Positions 1 through 15,899 of a stretch of 64,000 nt of DNA are shown piece by piece. Every line of letters begins with the position of its first letter. Position 1 is the stretch's first letter. Source of the DNA: Eledone cirrhosa (taxonomy: Eukaryota); assembly GCA_964016885.1 (NCBI GenBank), contig OZ024740.1, forward strand, positions 297,290,001-297,354,000, given 5' to 3'. The notes under the pieces were generated by a model. That model had not been told where the DNA came from. It saw nothing but the letters and a program-made list of their open reading frames with translations, and ran no database searches. Both the position numbers and the translations under genes were made by a program.

Positions 1-104
1 GAGGATGCTGGGGATAGAAACTGCACTGGTTATTTATTAACAAAGATCGAAAATGTAAACACTGCAACGCAGAGAAAAACATTAGCGTAACCAAATTATC
101 AGTT

Positions 105-232
105 ATGTCTGTCTGCACGCCTATATCACCTCTCTGCACGACTGTCTGTCTGCACGCCTATATCACCTCTCTGCACGCGTATATCACCTCTCTGCACGAC
201 TGTCTGTCTGCACGACTGTCTGTCTGCACGCC
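105..232. repeat. Tandem repeat built from TGTCTGTCTGCACG and TATATCACCTCTCTGCACG units
   Basis: Directly visible repeated units. Confidence 0.8.
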
Positions 233-439
233 TAACGACGAAATATTTGCTTGTTTTACGTAGTCTTTAAATAGACTTGTTTTCAAGTAAAAATATTGTT
301 TTAAAATGCTTTTAAATGGAAATGAAGCAAAACGGAAGCTTAGTGTTCGAACTGATGAATTTAGCAGGTCAATATTTTGCTGGCTCGACAACTGTTAAAG
401 CCAGCGTAATTTTTTACGTAAGACGCTCAATGTAAACAG

Positions 440-660
440 AACAAAGGGAAATAACTGATAACTTACGCTCAAAAATCGATACATTATATTCGATTTCGTC
501 ACATAGGGTGGGTCAATTTGAAATTTTTTTTTCCGATGTCTTCGCTAGGGCTCAATGTACAAGTATAGCAATTTCGGTGCAATTCCGTGAGAGATTCTAA
601 GAGGAGATGTGTGCCAAAAATTGATAGACAGACAGACAACCACAGTTTTATATATATAGA
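440..660 (-). mobile_element. Non-autonomous Helitron-like element, 5' end
   Basis: Minus strand begins TCTATATATATAAAACTGTGGTTGTCTGTCTGTC (5' TC plus CTGT repeats). A homologous copy lies at ~8790-8973. Confidence 0.55.
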
Positions 661-1272
661 TGTCAGTGGATTCATCCACGGTTAAAGCAAAATTAGAATT
701 CTTAAGCGTTTTCTGAACATTGTCTTCAATACTTTTCGCTATATCTAGGATTCTTCTACGTATTGTATTATTTGAAAGCGGGATATTGTTCAATTCCTTC
801 TCAGCCTTTTCACCAAACATGGATTTTACCATCTTTTTGCAAGCTGGGAGGATGACTGACTCAGCAAGCGTGTGGGATTTAGATTTTAATACTATTATTT
901 CAGCCACCTGAATTGACGATAGATTGGCTCGTTCAGACACGGTGATTATTCTTTCAAAATAACTTCGCTGTTTTGATTTCTGCTCTAACAGTCTTTGAAA
1001 GTAATCAAGCTTTTTATCTTTCAGAGATGAATGTTTTGAATTAAAATGTCTTTCTAACTTACTTGGTACCATGGATTCATTTGACATTGTTTTACCACAC
1101 ACTACGCATGATGGACTTGGTTTGTCAACGTCACCAGAACAATAAACCAAATTTCAAATAATTTTCAATATTGTCGATTAATGTTTCTCATTTTGACAAT
1201 AGAGGTTGATAGTTGTTCGCCTCTGGACTTAGACTCGTCACTAATATCTTTCCTTTTCAAATATTTATCCAT
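660..1272 (-). pseudogene. hAT-family (ZBED5/Buster-like) transposase N-terminal fragment, frameshifted and truncated
   Basis: Starts MDKYLKRK at ~1272 and frameshifts into ORF 545..1150: PSCVVCGKTMSNESMVPSKLERHFNSKH (BED-type finger), KSHTLAESVILPAC, IPLSNNTIRRRI, FALTVDESTD. Similarity ends at ~660, where another repeat begins. Confidence 0.85.
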
Positions 1273-2010
1273 TGTGAAGGGTCATGAAATATCAATGTGA
1301 TAGTTTTGGGTAGGATTGTCTATATTGAGATGACAGTGTCTTTCGGTCACACAAAGCCTTCTCTTTCGTGTACAAACACAGCAAAATAATAAAAATATGT
1401 CTTCCTACCTAAAATTGATGTTTTATGAGACCATTTCTAGCTGGAAATCATCAATTTTCGATGTATTATGCACAAAAATAGTCAATGTTTGAGCACTGAC
1501 AACACATCGAAAATTCGGCATTTTTGCTATGTTCCACACACCAGCAGACAGCTACAGACCTCTACTATACCATCATTAGCATAAGATGCTGAAACACTGG
1601 AACTCTCTGTTGCAAAAAGCCAGAAACTCGACGCATATTGAACAAGCAAATGCACATCGAGCTTCCTTTTCGGCTACTCTCGGCAAATGGCGCCCGCTGA
1701 TTGGCCCAGCACATGACGTTACTCGCCTTCCCCCATCATAATGTAAACATGGCAGCTAATCTCACCCTTCCGATGGGATAGTCCACCAGAAAATTAGGAA
1801 ATTATGCCATATAGAGATGAAGCAAGATAAAATATATGTAAAGGGAAGCTAATATGGACTCATTAAGTAGCATGAACCAAATAATTCTGAGCTAAATCAT
1901 CGGAATCATCCATAGATTGTTCCGAAACAAAGGTAGAAGTTGACATTTGTGTTTCTAATTTTTACAGGCAATTTTCTCAAAATGGATACTTCTCAACATT
2001 TCAGAGCTCT

Positions 2011-2258
2011 TTCCAGAAAATCTACTCTGATTTTATAGAGCGGTCGCCGGCCCAGCAGAAATTGAAAATTAGAATTGGTGCTCTAATCAGAGCACCAATA
2101 TATACATTCATATATATATCGCTATATACACATTCATATATATATATCACTATATATGCATTCATATATATATCGTTATTTCAGAGCACCAATTCTAATT
2201 TTCAATTTCTGCTGGGCCAGCGACCGCTCTGTAAAATCAGTTCCTGATTGTTACTGGA
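2011..2258. repeat. Inverted repeat (~75 bp arms) around a TA-rich spacer
   Basis: CTGATTTTATAGAGCGGTCGCCGGCCCAGCAGAAATTGAAAATTAGAATTGGTGCTCT matches its reverse complement at 2183-2240. Confidence 0.85.
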
Positions 2259-2477
2259 ATTCTATAAGAATCCAACATAATTTTCGGCAGACGGGGAGAG
2301 TACTGAGTTTTGACAAGTACCAATTAGTACGAAACAGCCCTGTATGCCGAAAATTTAAGTAGGCGACAATGTCGCTACTTTAAAACAATAGCGTATGGTC
2401 TTCAAAATGCTTTTAATTAAGCATACAGTGTATTGCAAAATACACTATATATACATTCATATATATATATGTATTTA

Positions 2478-3163
2478 AGCACTTTACATGTGAATGGAGT
2501 TCCACTGAAGCAGAGGGAGAAGTTCAAGAAGATCGGGGCCGTATTCACGAGTGATGGAAGAGAGGAGGTTTCAGCATTCGGTAATCAGAAGAGGGGAGCT
2601 TCGTGTAAGAACTAAAGTCACTATCTTCAATTCGGTATTCGTGCCAACCCTTATCTATGGTCATGAATCTTGGGTAACTACTGAAATAATACGATCGTGA
2701 ATACAAGCGGTGGAAATGGAGTTGCTCAGAAGGGTCTTTGAAGTAACGTTTCTCGATAGGGTGCGAAGCTCGGAGATAAGAGAGTCGCTCCGGATAGGGA
2801 CGCTACATCTCCGAATTGAGCAATCACAGCTCGGACACTATGGGAATGTGGTTAGAATGACTCAAGGAAGAAACGTTGGGCAGAGTTTACGGGCAAAACC
2901 AACCAGCAGGAGACCCAGGGATAGACCCCGAGCAAGATCATTGGATAACATCCATGGGCTTCAAAGGTCTTGCTTGGGTTCCAACCCGATTAGTTGGAGA
3001 CAATTGCTTCTGACAGGACCCGCTGGAACGAGTGTTTGAAGACTCTGCTCTCATGACCTTCTCAGAAATAAGTGGTCGATGAAGAAGAAGAAGAAGAAGA
3101 AGAAGAAGAAGAAGAAGAAGAAGAAGAAGAAGAAGAAGAAGAAGAAGAAGAAGAAGAAGAAGA
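2478..3163 (+). mobile_element. RTE-clade LINE, 5'-truncated 3' end with (GAA)n tail
   Basis: LHVNGVPLKQREKFKKIGAVFTSDG, FVPTLIYGHESW, EMELLRRV...DRVRSSEIR...GNVVRM...RPRDRPRAR, followed by (GAA)n at 3081-3163. Confidence 0.85.
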
Positions 3164-3247
3164 AATAAAATGTTTCTGTATTTCTTCTAATTGCCCATCA
3201 GAACTATACTTAAACCAGTGCATGCATGTACATTTTTCTCAATATAT

Positions 3248-3344
<97 letters not shown>

Positions 3345-4224
3345 TACACACACACACACATACACACCACACACAAACACACCACACACAAACACACATA
3401 CACACCACACACAAACACACATGCACACACATATATATCCTTTTTAAATTTGTTTTATCTGAAAATGTGACAAGAAAATAAACATAAGTAAATATAAACA
3501 CACACACACACGGATGTAACACATGCAAAAAGCAGGTACAGCACAGCACACAAAAACAAGATGGTGTAGGACAAAACATAGAACACAAAAATAAGAAATC
3601 AGTCACTAAGGAGGTCAAAGAATGTGTGGCGAAAGAACTATTACTAACTTTTTCAGCATCAATTTTGTCCACAACTATATATGATTTTTACTGTACTTCA
3701 TTTATCGGTAACCATATGTTTTTTTATTTTATTTTATTTTATTTTATTTTATCGCATTTTATCTGCTCCTATTTTTCATACGTTTTCTGCCTCAGTTACT
3801 TGATTAACTTATATAAATATTATTGCTTGTTCTTATCTAATCTCTCATAATATGTATCCTCCAAATGTTCTTGAAACGAAGTTTTGATCCTAAATTTGTA
3901 TTTAACTTTTGTGATAACTCCGAAGAATTATGTCTTGTGCTAGGATGAAACCATCGTTAGTTATTAAATGTTTGAAAGATTAAATACTCTTTGATTATTA
4001 TTTACATTGTATTTCAGCTCTGTATTATATTTGTTATATTTCATCGAGTTATATTCATACTTGTAACTGGGTAATATTTAATATTACTCACCATATATAT
4101 ATTTATACTTAAATATATAATATCTGTATATATAATGTACAGGAGTAGCGGATTCTGCACAAATGTTTATATAAATTTACACATTGAATATATAGATAGA
4201 AACGTGCCAAATATACAGGCACGC

Positions 4225-4525
4225 ATGGCGTGCATGGTCCCGTAACTCCTGAAGGAGTCGTAGGGACGCCATATTGACATACGGCGTTTCTAAGGCATTT
4301 TAAAATCTAGCGAAGCCCATCCCTCTAAAGTTTTGAGTACAGCAGAATTTTGCCAGAGAAGGAAGGAGAGTGAGAGAAAGGAAGGGAGAAAGATATATAG
4401 AGGACGAATCGAATCCAGCATTAGACTAGAATTTTCTTTATCGATCTTGAATTGATGAAAGGCAAAGTTGACCTCGGCGGGTTTGAAACTCAGCGAGCAG
4501 AGAGCCGAAACAAATACCACAAAAT
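4225..4525 (-). mobile_element. tRNA-derived SINE family A, long-tail variant
   Basis: Core CCGAGGTCAACTTTGCCTTTCATC on the minus strand. The tail is homologous to 6245-6337. Confidence 0.7.
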
Positions 4526-4879
4526 ATTCTATTCACCTTCCTAACATACATATTTCACTGTAAAATTGATTGGTTTCTCATCAGAAAATATGTATATTAA
4601 CTAAACCAATTCAAGAAAATACGTAACTATCAGGCTTATGTAGCTTTTCCATTTGTCACCCAAACATGCACATTTTGCAATTTCGACTGGCCATTTAAGT
4701 TAAATCCTAGTTTGTATTTTATATGAATAGGTGTTTGCTATGAGATATTTTCTGATGAGCAGACACCACGTGTGAAATATATAACGACAGCTTCCTCTAT
4801 GTACAAAGGGAATAAAATATATTTTCATATAATTGCGTATAAACTAATTGCGTATCTCATTTGTACTTGTACCTGTGTT

Positions 4880-5780
4880 AGTGTTCACTCAGAATGTATT
4901 CACACCATCGCTAAAGAAGGTTGCCCATACACGGCGATCACAGTTGCCCGACACAGATGTTACCAACCACTCACAATTCCAACGGTAGATCTCATATACG
5001 CACAGACCAGATAACTCAAGATCTAATTAGATTATGGAAATGCATGTTTTTAGCGGTCCTCCTCGCCATTCACGCCATCGCAAAACGAGCTCCGACACAA
5101 CTGCCTTAGGGACGAGTTCACACCATGGGCAGCAGAGGAGGTAACAAAGCCAACAGAGTCGCCTTTCAAGTAGCATTTGTTGGATGAATCGATTTGGCAT
5201 CGACGGCACAAAATCCAATTGACGAACATAAAGGATTCTACCAAGGCAGAAACATCCAGCTTTATTAAATCCTGTGATTTGACTGGCCACGTCTCACATT
5301 CACATAAGTATTGTGTGAATGAGTATTCGATAGAAAGGGCTAGATGGAGCTCTGACTTGGACCAGGCCTGGCTTTGAAGAGGTTAGAATGCAGTGCACGC
5401 GCTGTTCATGCAGACATCTATCTCGTTTTTACCTTGACCTGTGGTGGCTAAGATGATACTGAGATACTTGAATTGATTGACCTCTTTTAGAAACTTATCC
5501 TAGAATATGATGGGAACCATTTCATAAGGGGGGGGGGGGGGGGGGGTGGCGTGTCAGCAGTTACTATCTTGGCCTTGGTTACATTAATCGTCACGTTAAA
5601 ATGCGATGCATATTTACTAAGGCCTTCAATGACTAATTGAACATCGACCTATCAATCGCAGATCATGTATCACTAAATGATTGTTATGTCCACAAATAAT
5701 CTTTCTATCGACAGTTAATGGGTCACCACAAAAGAGATCATTATAAGCCCATTCAGAGATTTAAAAATTGTTGTAAGTCT
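4880..5780 (-). mobile_element. Decayed RTE-clade LINE fragment (RT C-terminal region)
   Basis: Minus-strand pieces YRILIHTIL, CETWPVK, CLGRILYVRQLDFV and ERRLCWLCYLL resemble RTE ORF2 C-terminal motifs. Confidence 0.6.
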
Positions 5781-6052
5781 TACACCAGGAAATAAGAACG
5801 GAAAATCGTACGGCATTGAAATGGTAGATTTATGATAACGGATCATAACTGGAGACTAAAAGCATCTTCCATACAAAATTGCACACAATGTTGTTGAAAT
5901 CAATTGTCTAAGGCTGGTTTGATCATCCATTTTAAATCATATATGAGCCAGTCAAAAAATTCCAGTTGCCTAACACGCACTCAAATCTTCCAGTCAAATG
6001 TAGGTTTAACAGGCACATTAACATCTCATTAACAACTGGTAACCAATAAATA

Positions 6053-6340
6053 AAGCGGTGGATTGGCAGAGTCGTTAGAACGTAGGATAGAATGCTTTAC
6101 GGTATTCGTTCCAGCTCAAATCCAGTTCAAATCCCGCCGAGGTCAACTTTGCCTTTCATCCTTTCGATGTCGATAAAAAGTACCAGTCTGGTACTGAGGT
6201 CGATTCTTATTCTGTACCTCTTTCTCATTTCCTCCCTCTCACTTTCTATCTCTCTCTGGAAGAAATCTGCTGTACCCAGGCCTGAAGAAGGATGGTATTC
6301 GCCAGGCTTAAAATGACCAAGAAACGCCGTATGTCAAGAG
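6053..6340 (+). mobile_element. tRNA-derived SINE family A, long-tail variant
   Basis: A-box-like TGGCAGAGTCGTT and B-box-like GTTCAAATCC, followed by the family core. Confidence 0.75.
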
Positions 6341-7520
6341 ACTGTCAAATATGATTTTATTTTTGAATTGGTAGTGGGCATGGACATTGCAGGAATTTTG
6401 TTAATCAGGAAGCATAAAAGAGGGAGTGAAACGGTGTATGGACCCACGTCAGTGGAATGTTTCGTTGGAAGTGCGCAAAAATGAGCCGAATTTTTTACGT
6501 GTGGGGGTTACAAAAGAATGTTTTATGTGGGCTGAAACTGTAGCATTGCAAGACATATTGTTATTAGTAACGTAGGTATAAAAATGTGTGATGTAACGGG
6601 AAAAAGTAAAATGTTGTTTAAAAAAATACAGGAATACTTGATTATAAATGAGATTTTTCCTGTTACAATCGTGATTTTGGCAATAGATTTCCGTTTGCAC
6701 AAGCCCATCCTCCACTCTACAGCAATAAAATAACACTTAATATAGAAAGCAGCTCTTAAACAAAAATTATTAACGTCAAAAAGAATCATGCATGCCACTG
6801 AAACGAGCCATCATTAACCAAACACTTAAGTTGCAACTTAATACCACGCTGTCATTCCGGAACTCGTGTTAAATGGATTGCTTCTGCTTATATCAACTGA
6901 ATATCTAATTCGCTGTTCTATAAGTCATAATTTAGGTTGTTCGGAAAAGACTGTACGCATGACCTTTACAGACCTTTTAAGATTAGTAAGGTTAATGTAG
7001 TTGTTTAACTCTTGATGTTCTTTATTACATAAACCTACATTAGTAATATATTCTTGAAAAGTATAAAACAGTACTATGTCTGCATCCCATTTAAAATTAA
7101 TTTGTTTACTTATATTTATGCAAATTTTCGCAACAATCTATCTACCGGAACAAATACTAGTATTTTAGATATTTTTTCCAACATCATCATATTAAATTTT
7201 GTCTTGAACCTTGTGTTAAATTCCAGGTGAAACTTTAGATGTAACTGATACTTATTCTTCACTGAGTAAACTGGAGTAATGTGGAATGAAGTGTTTTGCC
7301 CATCAACACAATGTACCGTCTGATTTTAGTGACCCTAGAACATTATCCAATGTGTCCTACATATTTATAATAAGTTAGAGCTGCTTGATGTGAGAGAAAT
7401 TTGACTGCTATTTGGACGATCTCATAGAAGCTTACGCAGTGTGTTTATGTGTTTAATTGTGTAACAATTCCGTAATATATAAAGTGCATTTATGTTTGTT
7501 ATGAATGCTATTTTGCATCT

Positions 7521-7800
7521 GTGAAGGTGCACGCCTTAGTTATTAATATAACGATCGTAAGATCGGGAGTTCGATTTCCGACAGCGCTTTGTGTCCATGA
7601 GCTAGATATTTTCTTTATCATTGCACCAGTCTACAAAGCTGGCAAAATGAATTGTATTTGTAATTGAAATGTTCAGCCATGCTGAATGTCCCTGAGAACT
7701 ACGTTAAGCATACTCATGTCTATGAAAAGCTTAGCCACTTGCACGTCAGTTTCAAAAGCAGAGTGTTTTGTTCTTCAAACAACTAGAAAACTCGTCATCG
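7521..7800 (+). mobile_element. tRNA-derived SINE family B (diverged)
   Basis: GAAGGTGCACGCCTTAGT...GAGTTCGATT...TGTGTCCATGAGC. Homologues at ~10015-10310, 43173-43350 and 44593-44870. Confidence 0.65.
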
Positions 7801-7861
7801 GAGGTGAAATATGTTCTGTCTACGTCGCAAGCGTTGTAAATTCATTCGCTTTATATAAGTA

Positions 7862-7896
7862 CTAGCAGAGGTACCCGGCGTTGCTCGGGTATTAAA
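7862..7896 (-). mobile_element. Helitron 3' terminus (hairpin plus CTAG)
   Basis: Minus strand reads ACCCGAGCAACGCCGGGT-ACCTCTG-CTAG-T. Confidence 0.7.
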
Positions 7897-8423
7897 TAGC
7901 AGTTATGTATACCATTTATGTCAATACTTCAGTGCTGCTTCGAAAACTATACTTTTACAAAATCATCGGCTTTTTCCAAAAGGGGGTTCCTGCCCCCAGC
8001 GGTCCCCTACTAAATATGTGCCAATTCTGAGAGTTCTCATTCATCTGTAGAACAAACGTAGCCCATGTGTCAAGTTTTGTGAAAATCGGTTGCGAACTCC
8101 AGAAGTTATGACGTTTTTTTGCATTGCACTGCAGTGCTTCAGTCGACTCCAAGGAGGCCCTATAATCAATGTCTGGATTATAGGAGGCCCTATAATCAAT
8201 ATCTGGAAAAATGAAAGTGCCCATGACCATCCGGAGTACATAAGTAACCTATGTCTTAAGTTTGGGGAAAATACTGTAGAAATGCATAAGGTTTACACAC
8301 ACGCGCGCACGTGTGTGTGTATGTATTTGTGTGTGCGTATGTATATGTATGTGTATGTTCGTCGGCGCATACTGATGTACTGGTCTAAATCTTCACTTTT
8401 ACTTTTGCTATGTTAAGGCAAAG

Positions 8424-8535
8424 TTAAAATCCCGTCGAGGTTAACTTTGCCTTTCATCCTTACGGGGTCGATAAAATAAAGTACCAGTAATGTACTGGTT
8501 AATTGCTGGCCTTGTGCCAAAAGTAGAAACAACTA
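8424..8535 (+). mobile_element. SINE family A, 3' part
   Basis: CGAGGTTAACTTTGCCTTTCATCCTTACGGGGTCGATAAAATAAAGTACCAG...AGTAGAAACAA. Confidence 0.8.
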
Positions 8536-8789
8536 TTTTAATAACCTGTCATTTTCGTTTACAATTTTATTTACATCATTCTTAAACTCCGGGGCTGGAA
8601 ATCATTCGGTTATTTTAAATAGAATATTAGTCTAACGACTCCATTTACACCATAAGCTTGGTCTTGTCTTTGCATGAAATTGTTCTTTTCGGTCCACCGC
8701 GTCGTTTATAAGTAACATAAATTGATAAGCAAATGACGCCATAAAAGGGAAATAACTCGTCTCTCATCTCTATTTATACATTTGAACTG

Positions 8790-9982
8790 AAAAATCAATA
8801 CATTACAAATTCGATTTTTGTACTTGGCGTGGGTCGATTTTAAAGATTTTTTGACCGATGTCTCCGTAGCAGCAATTTCACTGAAATTTGAACGTACGGT
8901 TTAAGAGGAGATGTGTGCCGACCATTTTAGTAGACAGACAAACAGACAGACAACCTCAGTTTTATACATATAGACTAGCAGAAAACCGCCCACGGGTGAT
9001 TTTCTGCTAGTATATATATATATTACACACACACAGAAATGTATATATGTTTCTCTAGCACTCCTCAATTCCCCGTTTCTCCCTCCCGCTATCCCTCTCT
9101 TGTAGTCTGTCTCTTTCTTTCACTCTCACTCTCTCTCTACGCGTGCGCAAAAAACATTCGCACGCGCGCACGTATTTCCACTGTCGGACAGACAGATAGA
9201 CAAACAGAGAAATTGCTGGTTATATATTATAAGGAGATGGAAATTAAATCATATTTAATTGTATTTAAATTTCTAACCTTATTTTATTATTTATATTTTT
9301 TCAATAAGAAATAAAAAAAAAACAACAAAAAAAATTGAAGAAAAAAATTGAACAAATCAGACGTAGGTTATGGAACTGCGCAATCTGATTAATAAATTAC
9401 CTCATCAGCAGCAACCTTCTTCAAATGGTCCTTATTATCAGCAGCAATAACCACAAATTCAATGGCAACCTTCTTTAAACCACAAATTCAATGGACACCT
9501 TCTTCAAATGGTCTTTATTATCAGCAGCAACAACCACAAATTCAATGGCAACCTTCTTCAAACCACAAATTCAATGGCAACTTTCTTCAAATGGTCCTTG
9601 GCATGATGTTAAGTCAGAACCGCCTCGAACTGGTTACTTGTGGCTTGTGCAAGGTGTCTCTATAGCAACCAGCGATTCCCTCGGCCTCAGTGACCAAAGT
9701 CAGTGGAGAGGGGAAGGTAATGTTTCTATAGCGACAGTGTTTCTCTTGGTAGTACCAAAGTGGAGAAAGAAAGGGGAAGGTAATATTTCTGTAGCACGTG
9801 TTTTAGCGTCTATTCACTCTCTCTCTCCCTCTCTCCCTCCCGCTATCCCCCTCTCGTAGTCTGTCTCTTTCTTTTACTCTCACTCTCGTGGTCAAAAAAC
9901 ATTCGCACGCGCGCACGTGTTTCCACTGTCGGACAGACAGACAGACAAACAGAGAAATTGCTGCTTATATATATAAGTAGAT
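8790..9982 (-). mobile_element. Cluster of Helitron-like non-autonomous pieces
   Basis: Duplicated segments 9055-9230 and 9805-9981 end in TC-...TATATAAGCAGCAATTTCTCTGTTTGTCTGTC. A CTAG-bounded hairpin lies at 8974-9011. Confidence 0.55.
9405..9600. repeat. Minisatellite (ACCACAAATTCAATGGCAACCTTCTTCAA and CAGCAGCAA units)
   Basis: Repeated units directly visible. Confidence 0.8.
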
Positions 9983-10441
9983 ATGCGAGCTGAATGTTTT
10001 TGTTGTTGATATCGTTGCAGTATGGCCGAATAGTTAAGAATGTTGCTTCACAATCATTAGGTCCCGAATTTGAGGCCGTTGCATGGCTCCTTGTGCAAGC
10101 GATATTTACTATAGTGCCGGGTTACCTATGCTATGTGAGTGAAATTGGGTAGACGAAAACTGTTTAGAAGCCTTTGGGATTGTTTCATGCTAAACATCCC
10201 TCCTTAGAAATACATGAAGGGGACATATGTTTGTAGGGTTCTCAGCCGTTTACTCGTTAATTTCATGAGCAGGCAGTTCGGTCGACCAAACAACTGGAAC
10301 AATCATCGTGACAGAGGCTCATTTTTTCTTACTATATATGATTTTCCATTATATTTATAATGTATGCATCTAGGGTTTTAACTGCATCTCTGTTTGTGTT
10401 GATGGGAAGGTTCATTTGGATATGTTTCGTGTATGTCATAT

Positions 10442-10501
<60 letters not shown>

Positions 10502-10584
10502 ATAATAATAAATTTGAAGACTAAAATCCAAAGAGGGCTCGATAAGGATAAATATATATCAAATATATAAGAACCGTAGAGCAA

Positions 10585-13050
<2,466 letters not shown>

Positions 13051-13782
13051 TATTTGTTTTGCATCTTAGGGGAGTGTAGTGTGACAGTGCATAGATATAG
13101 ACGTCTCTAGCTGGACGCCTAGTTTGGGTGCTTACAACTGAGTGATCTCCCTTATGTACCCAGTGTGGGAGGGGGCTGTGAAACCGAGTGGCATTGTATG
13201 CATATTAACCTTCCCTCCTCATCAACAAAAGTGAAATGTGGTGGGAGTACGTTGGTATTTACAACTGGACTATATTTGTGAAATGGTGACCGAAATGCCG
13301 ACAGTTAAATAACACGTGGGAACAGGTCCCTTTGTAGTTCCTATTTATTCAAATAACAAATAGTAGTTCGTTCATAGTGTATGTAAGAGAGAGAAAGAAA
13401 GAGAGAGGCTATAGCTTTTGTGGGCATGTGTATGTATGTGTTCTATCTGCGCCATTTCAAGATAAAATGATTGCTTCATTTTATCTTGTCAGGAATGTGT
13501 AACCTACTTTGGCTTTAATTTGATTTCTTAGTCTTAATCTAGGAACCTCATAATTATACAAGTTCCGTGCTGTGCTGCAAATTTAACTTTCGCTACTTGG
13601 TTTCAGTAACATATCAGTTTATTTAAGAGAAGTGATTGCTCACACATTTCTTAACACTTTTCCATTTTTGTAAAAAGTGACACCGTACGTTATCTACTAC
13701 AGCCTTTCTCATGGCATAACGTAGCTGATTCCGAGAGAGGAGAGAGAGTGTGTGTGTAATGTGTATGTATCTGTGTATGTAC

Positions 13783-13849
<67 letters not shown>

Positions 13850-14639
13850 GGAGAGAGAGAGAGAAAGGGTGGGGGAGAGAGAGAAATAGTGTGAGAAAGA
13901 AGCATCGACTCCGATCAAAAGCAAACTTGACTTCAGCGGCATTTGAAATCAGAATGAAGAAATCCGGCGAAAATACCATCATGTACTCATGCTGACGGTT
14001 TAATGACTACAGAAATCACCACCTTAAACATACAACAAAAATAGATTAACACAACAGATGCATTACAGATTTCTTACTTAAGATAAATGCGAGAAGCTGA
14101 GTGTGGGATGGTGCAGTGGATTAAATTGACCATAGTACTAAATCCGTCTTATCTTGTCTTTTCGTTTTTGTAGTCCATGGGGGGAAAAAGCAAACAGGAT
14201 ACTGGTTGATTTTTAATTTAGTCTACATAAAAGAACGCTACAAAATAACATCAGGTGTTTGCTTCATCGCTCTATTAATTTTACTAATCTATCACGAACA
14301 ATTAATACAACCTGTACCTTTTCTCACTTCAAATGCCAGGAAATAATCAAGTCTTTTCAAGCCTTTATTCTAAGCAGCAAAAGGTGTCATATGAAATAGA
14401 CTTGTTTCATACAAAGAAAATTTCTGAGAATTGCATGATTGTTTATAAAGATGGATTTATTAATGTCTCTATGTCTGTATATGAGTGTGTCTCTGGTGTG
14501 TTTGTGTAGGGTGGGGTGAGAGAAATGTGGGCGTAATAAAATATAACCCTATATCCGTATGTTCGGGTGTGTAGTATATGATTGCAGGTTTGGATTTGTG
14601 TGTTTATTTATAGGTTTTATGTTAGCTTTAAAATCTCTC

Positions 14640-14710
<71 letters not shown>

Positions 14711-14711
14711 C

Positions 14712-14742
<31 letters not shown>

Positions 14743-14758
14743 CTCTCGCTCTCTCTCT

Positions 14759-14900
<142 letters not shown>

Positions 14901-15311
14901 ATACATACATATACGCCAGGGAAAAGGACCTACGTGGCAAATCCACCAATATGGAAAATAAAGGATAAAGCAGGTTTTGTTGATTTGTTAAATTTGCTTT
15001 TCGTGATGGACACGTCAGAAAATATGCCTTGGTATGTCAGGCATTAGGAGTGCTATTAAACTAAACACCTCCAATGGGATGCGTATGTAAAGAGAAGGAG
15101 ATAAATACAGAGGAAAGAAAGAGACCTAAGGAGAAAAAAGAATAACTCGCTTACGCACTCATATGTTTTCATATATTCTTATGCGTATATATATATATAT
15201 GTGTCTATGTATGTATGTTTGTATCTATGTTTGTATGTATGTATGCATTTATGTATGTATGTGTATATATATATATATATACGTTACATATTATATATAC
15301 ATATATACATA

Positions 15312-15810
15312 TATGATGGCTGCAACTCGATTTCAAGTAATGCCAGCGCTTCATACTTAAGCATGCGCATCACGGACGTGTCTTTTTAGTCCTGCTAGGA
15401 ACTTCCCTATGGCCAGCAATGTCATGCATCGCAAAAAATGTCACATAACATGCGGTGTCTGTGCTTGAAGCTTTTTTAAGTGAGGAAATGCTTTGCACGG
15501 GGCCATTCCCACTCTCTGAACATCGAATGCATTTATCCAAAAAGAACTGGTCTTCATCGTTGGATGCAAACGAAGTCGCATGTTTTATATCAGAGCAACC
15601 TTCTCCTAGAGAGATGTCTTAATGAAGACTAGGAGTCTTTTGCGCCACAAAAAAAAAAGAAAAGAAATCTTGGCTGTTGACTCTCCTGAGTAACTGCGCC
15701 CTTTGATGGGTCGTGTTTTTCATCCTGCAGGGTGTCCAAACTTACACTCCAACCATGCACAAGTTGTACTGGGTTACATGTTACCAGTAGCGCTGAAGGG
15801 CAACCTGACA
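15312..15810 (-). mobile_element. Non-autonomous RTE-like bipartite element, diverged homologue of 53492-54100
   Basis: Shared head GCTACTGGTAACATGTA.CCCAGTACAAC and shared tail CGAGTTG(G)CAGCCA(C/T)CAT. Confidence 0.6.
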
Positions 15811-15899
15811 TACATAGATACATACATGCATACATACACGCATACATCGAAGACACCCCTCGGTCACGAATGACCATGTGATTTGCACCTAGAAAGCTT

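Noticed and set aside
1685-1725. CCAAT-like and CRE-like motifs upstream of the hAT fragment
   Set aside because: Short motifs with no independent support.
4545-4790. Two CTGATGA...GAAA motifs (4552-4584 minus, 4752-4777 plus)
   Set aside because: No stem I partner after the UH site. At most very old remnants.
9405-9600. Repeat array as CRISPR or Q-rich exon
   Set aside because: Eukaryotic context, no unique spacers, no cas genes and no splice evidence. It is a minisatellite.
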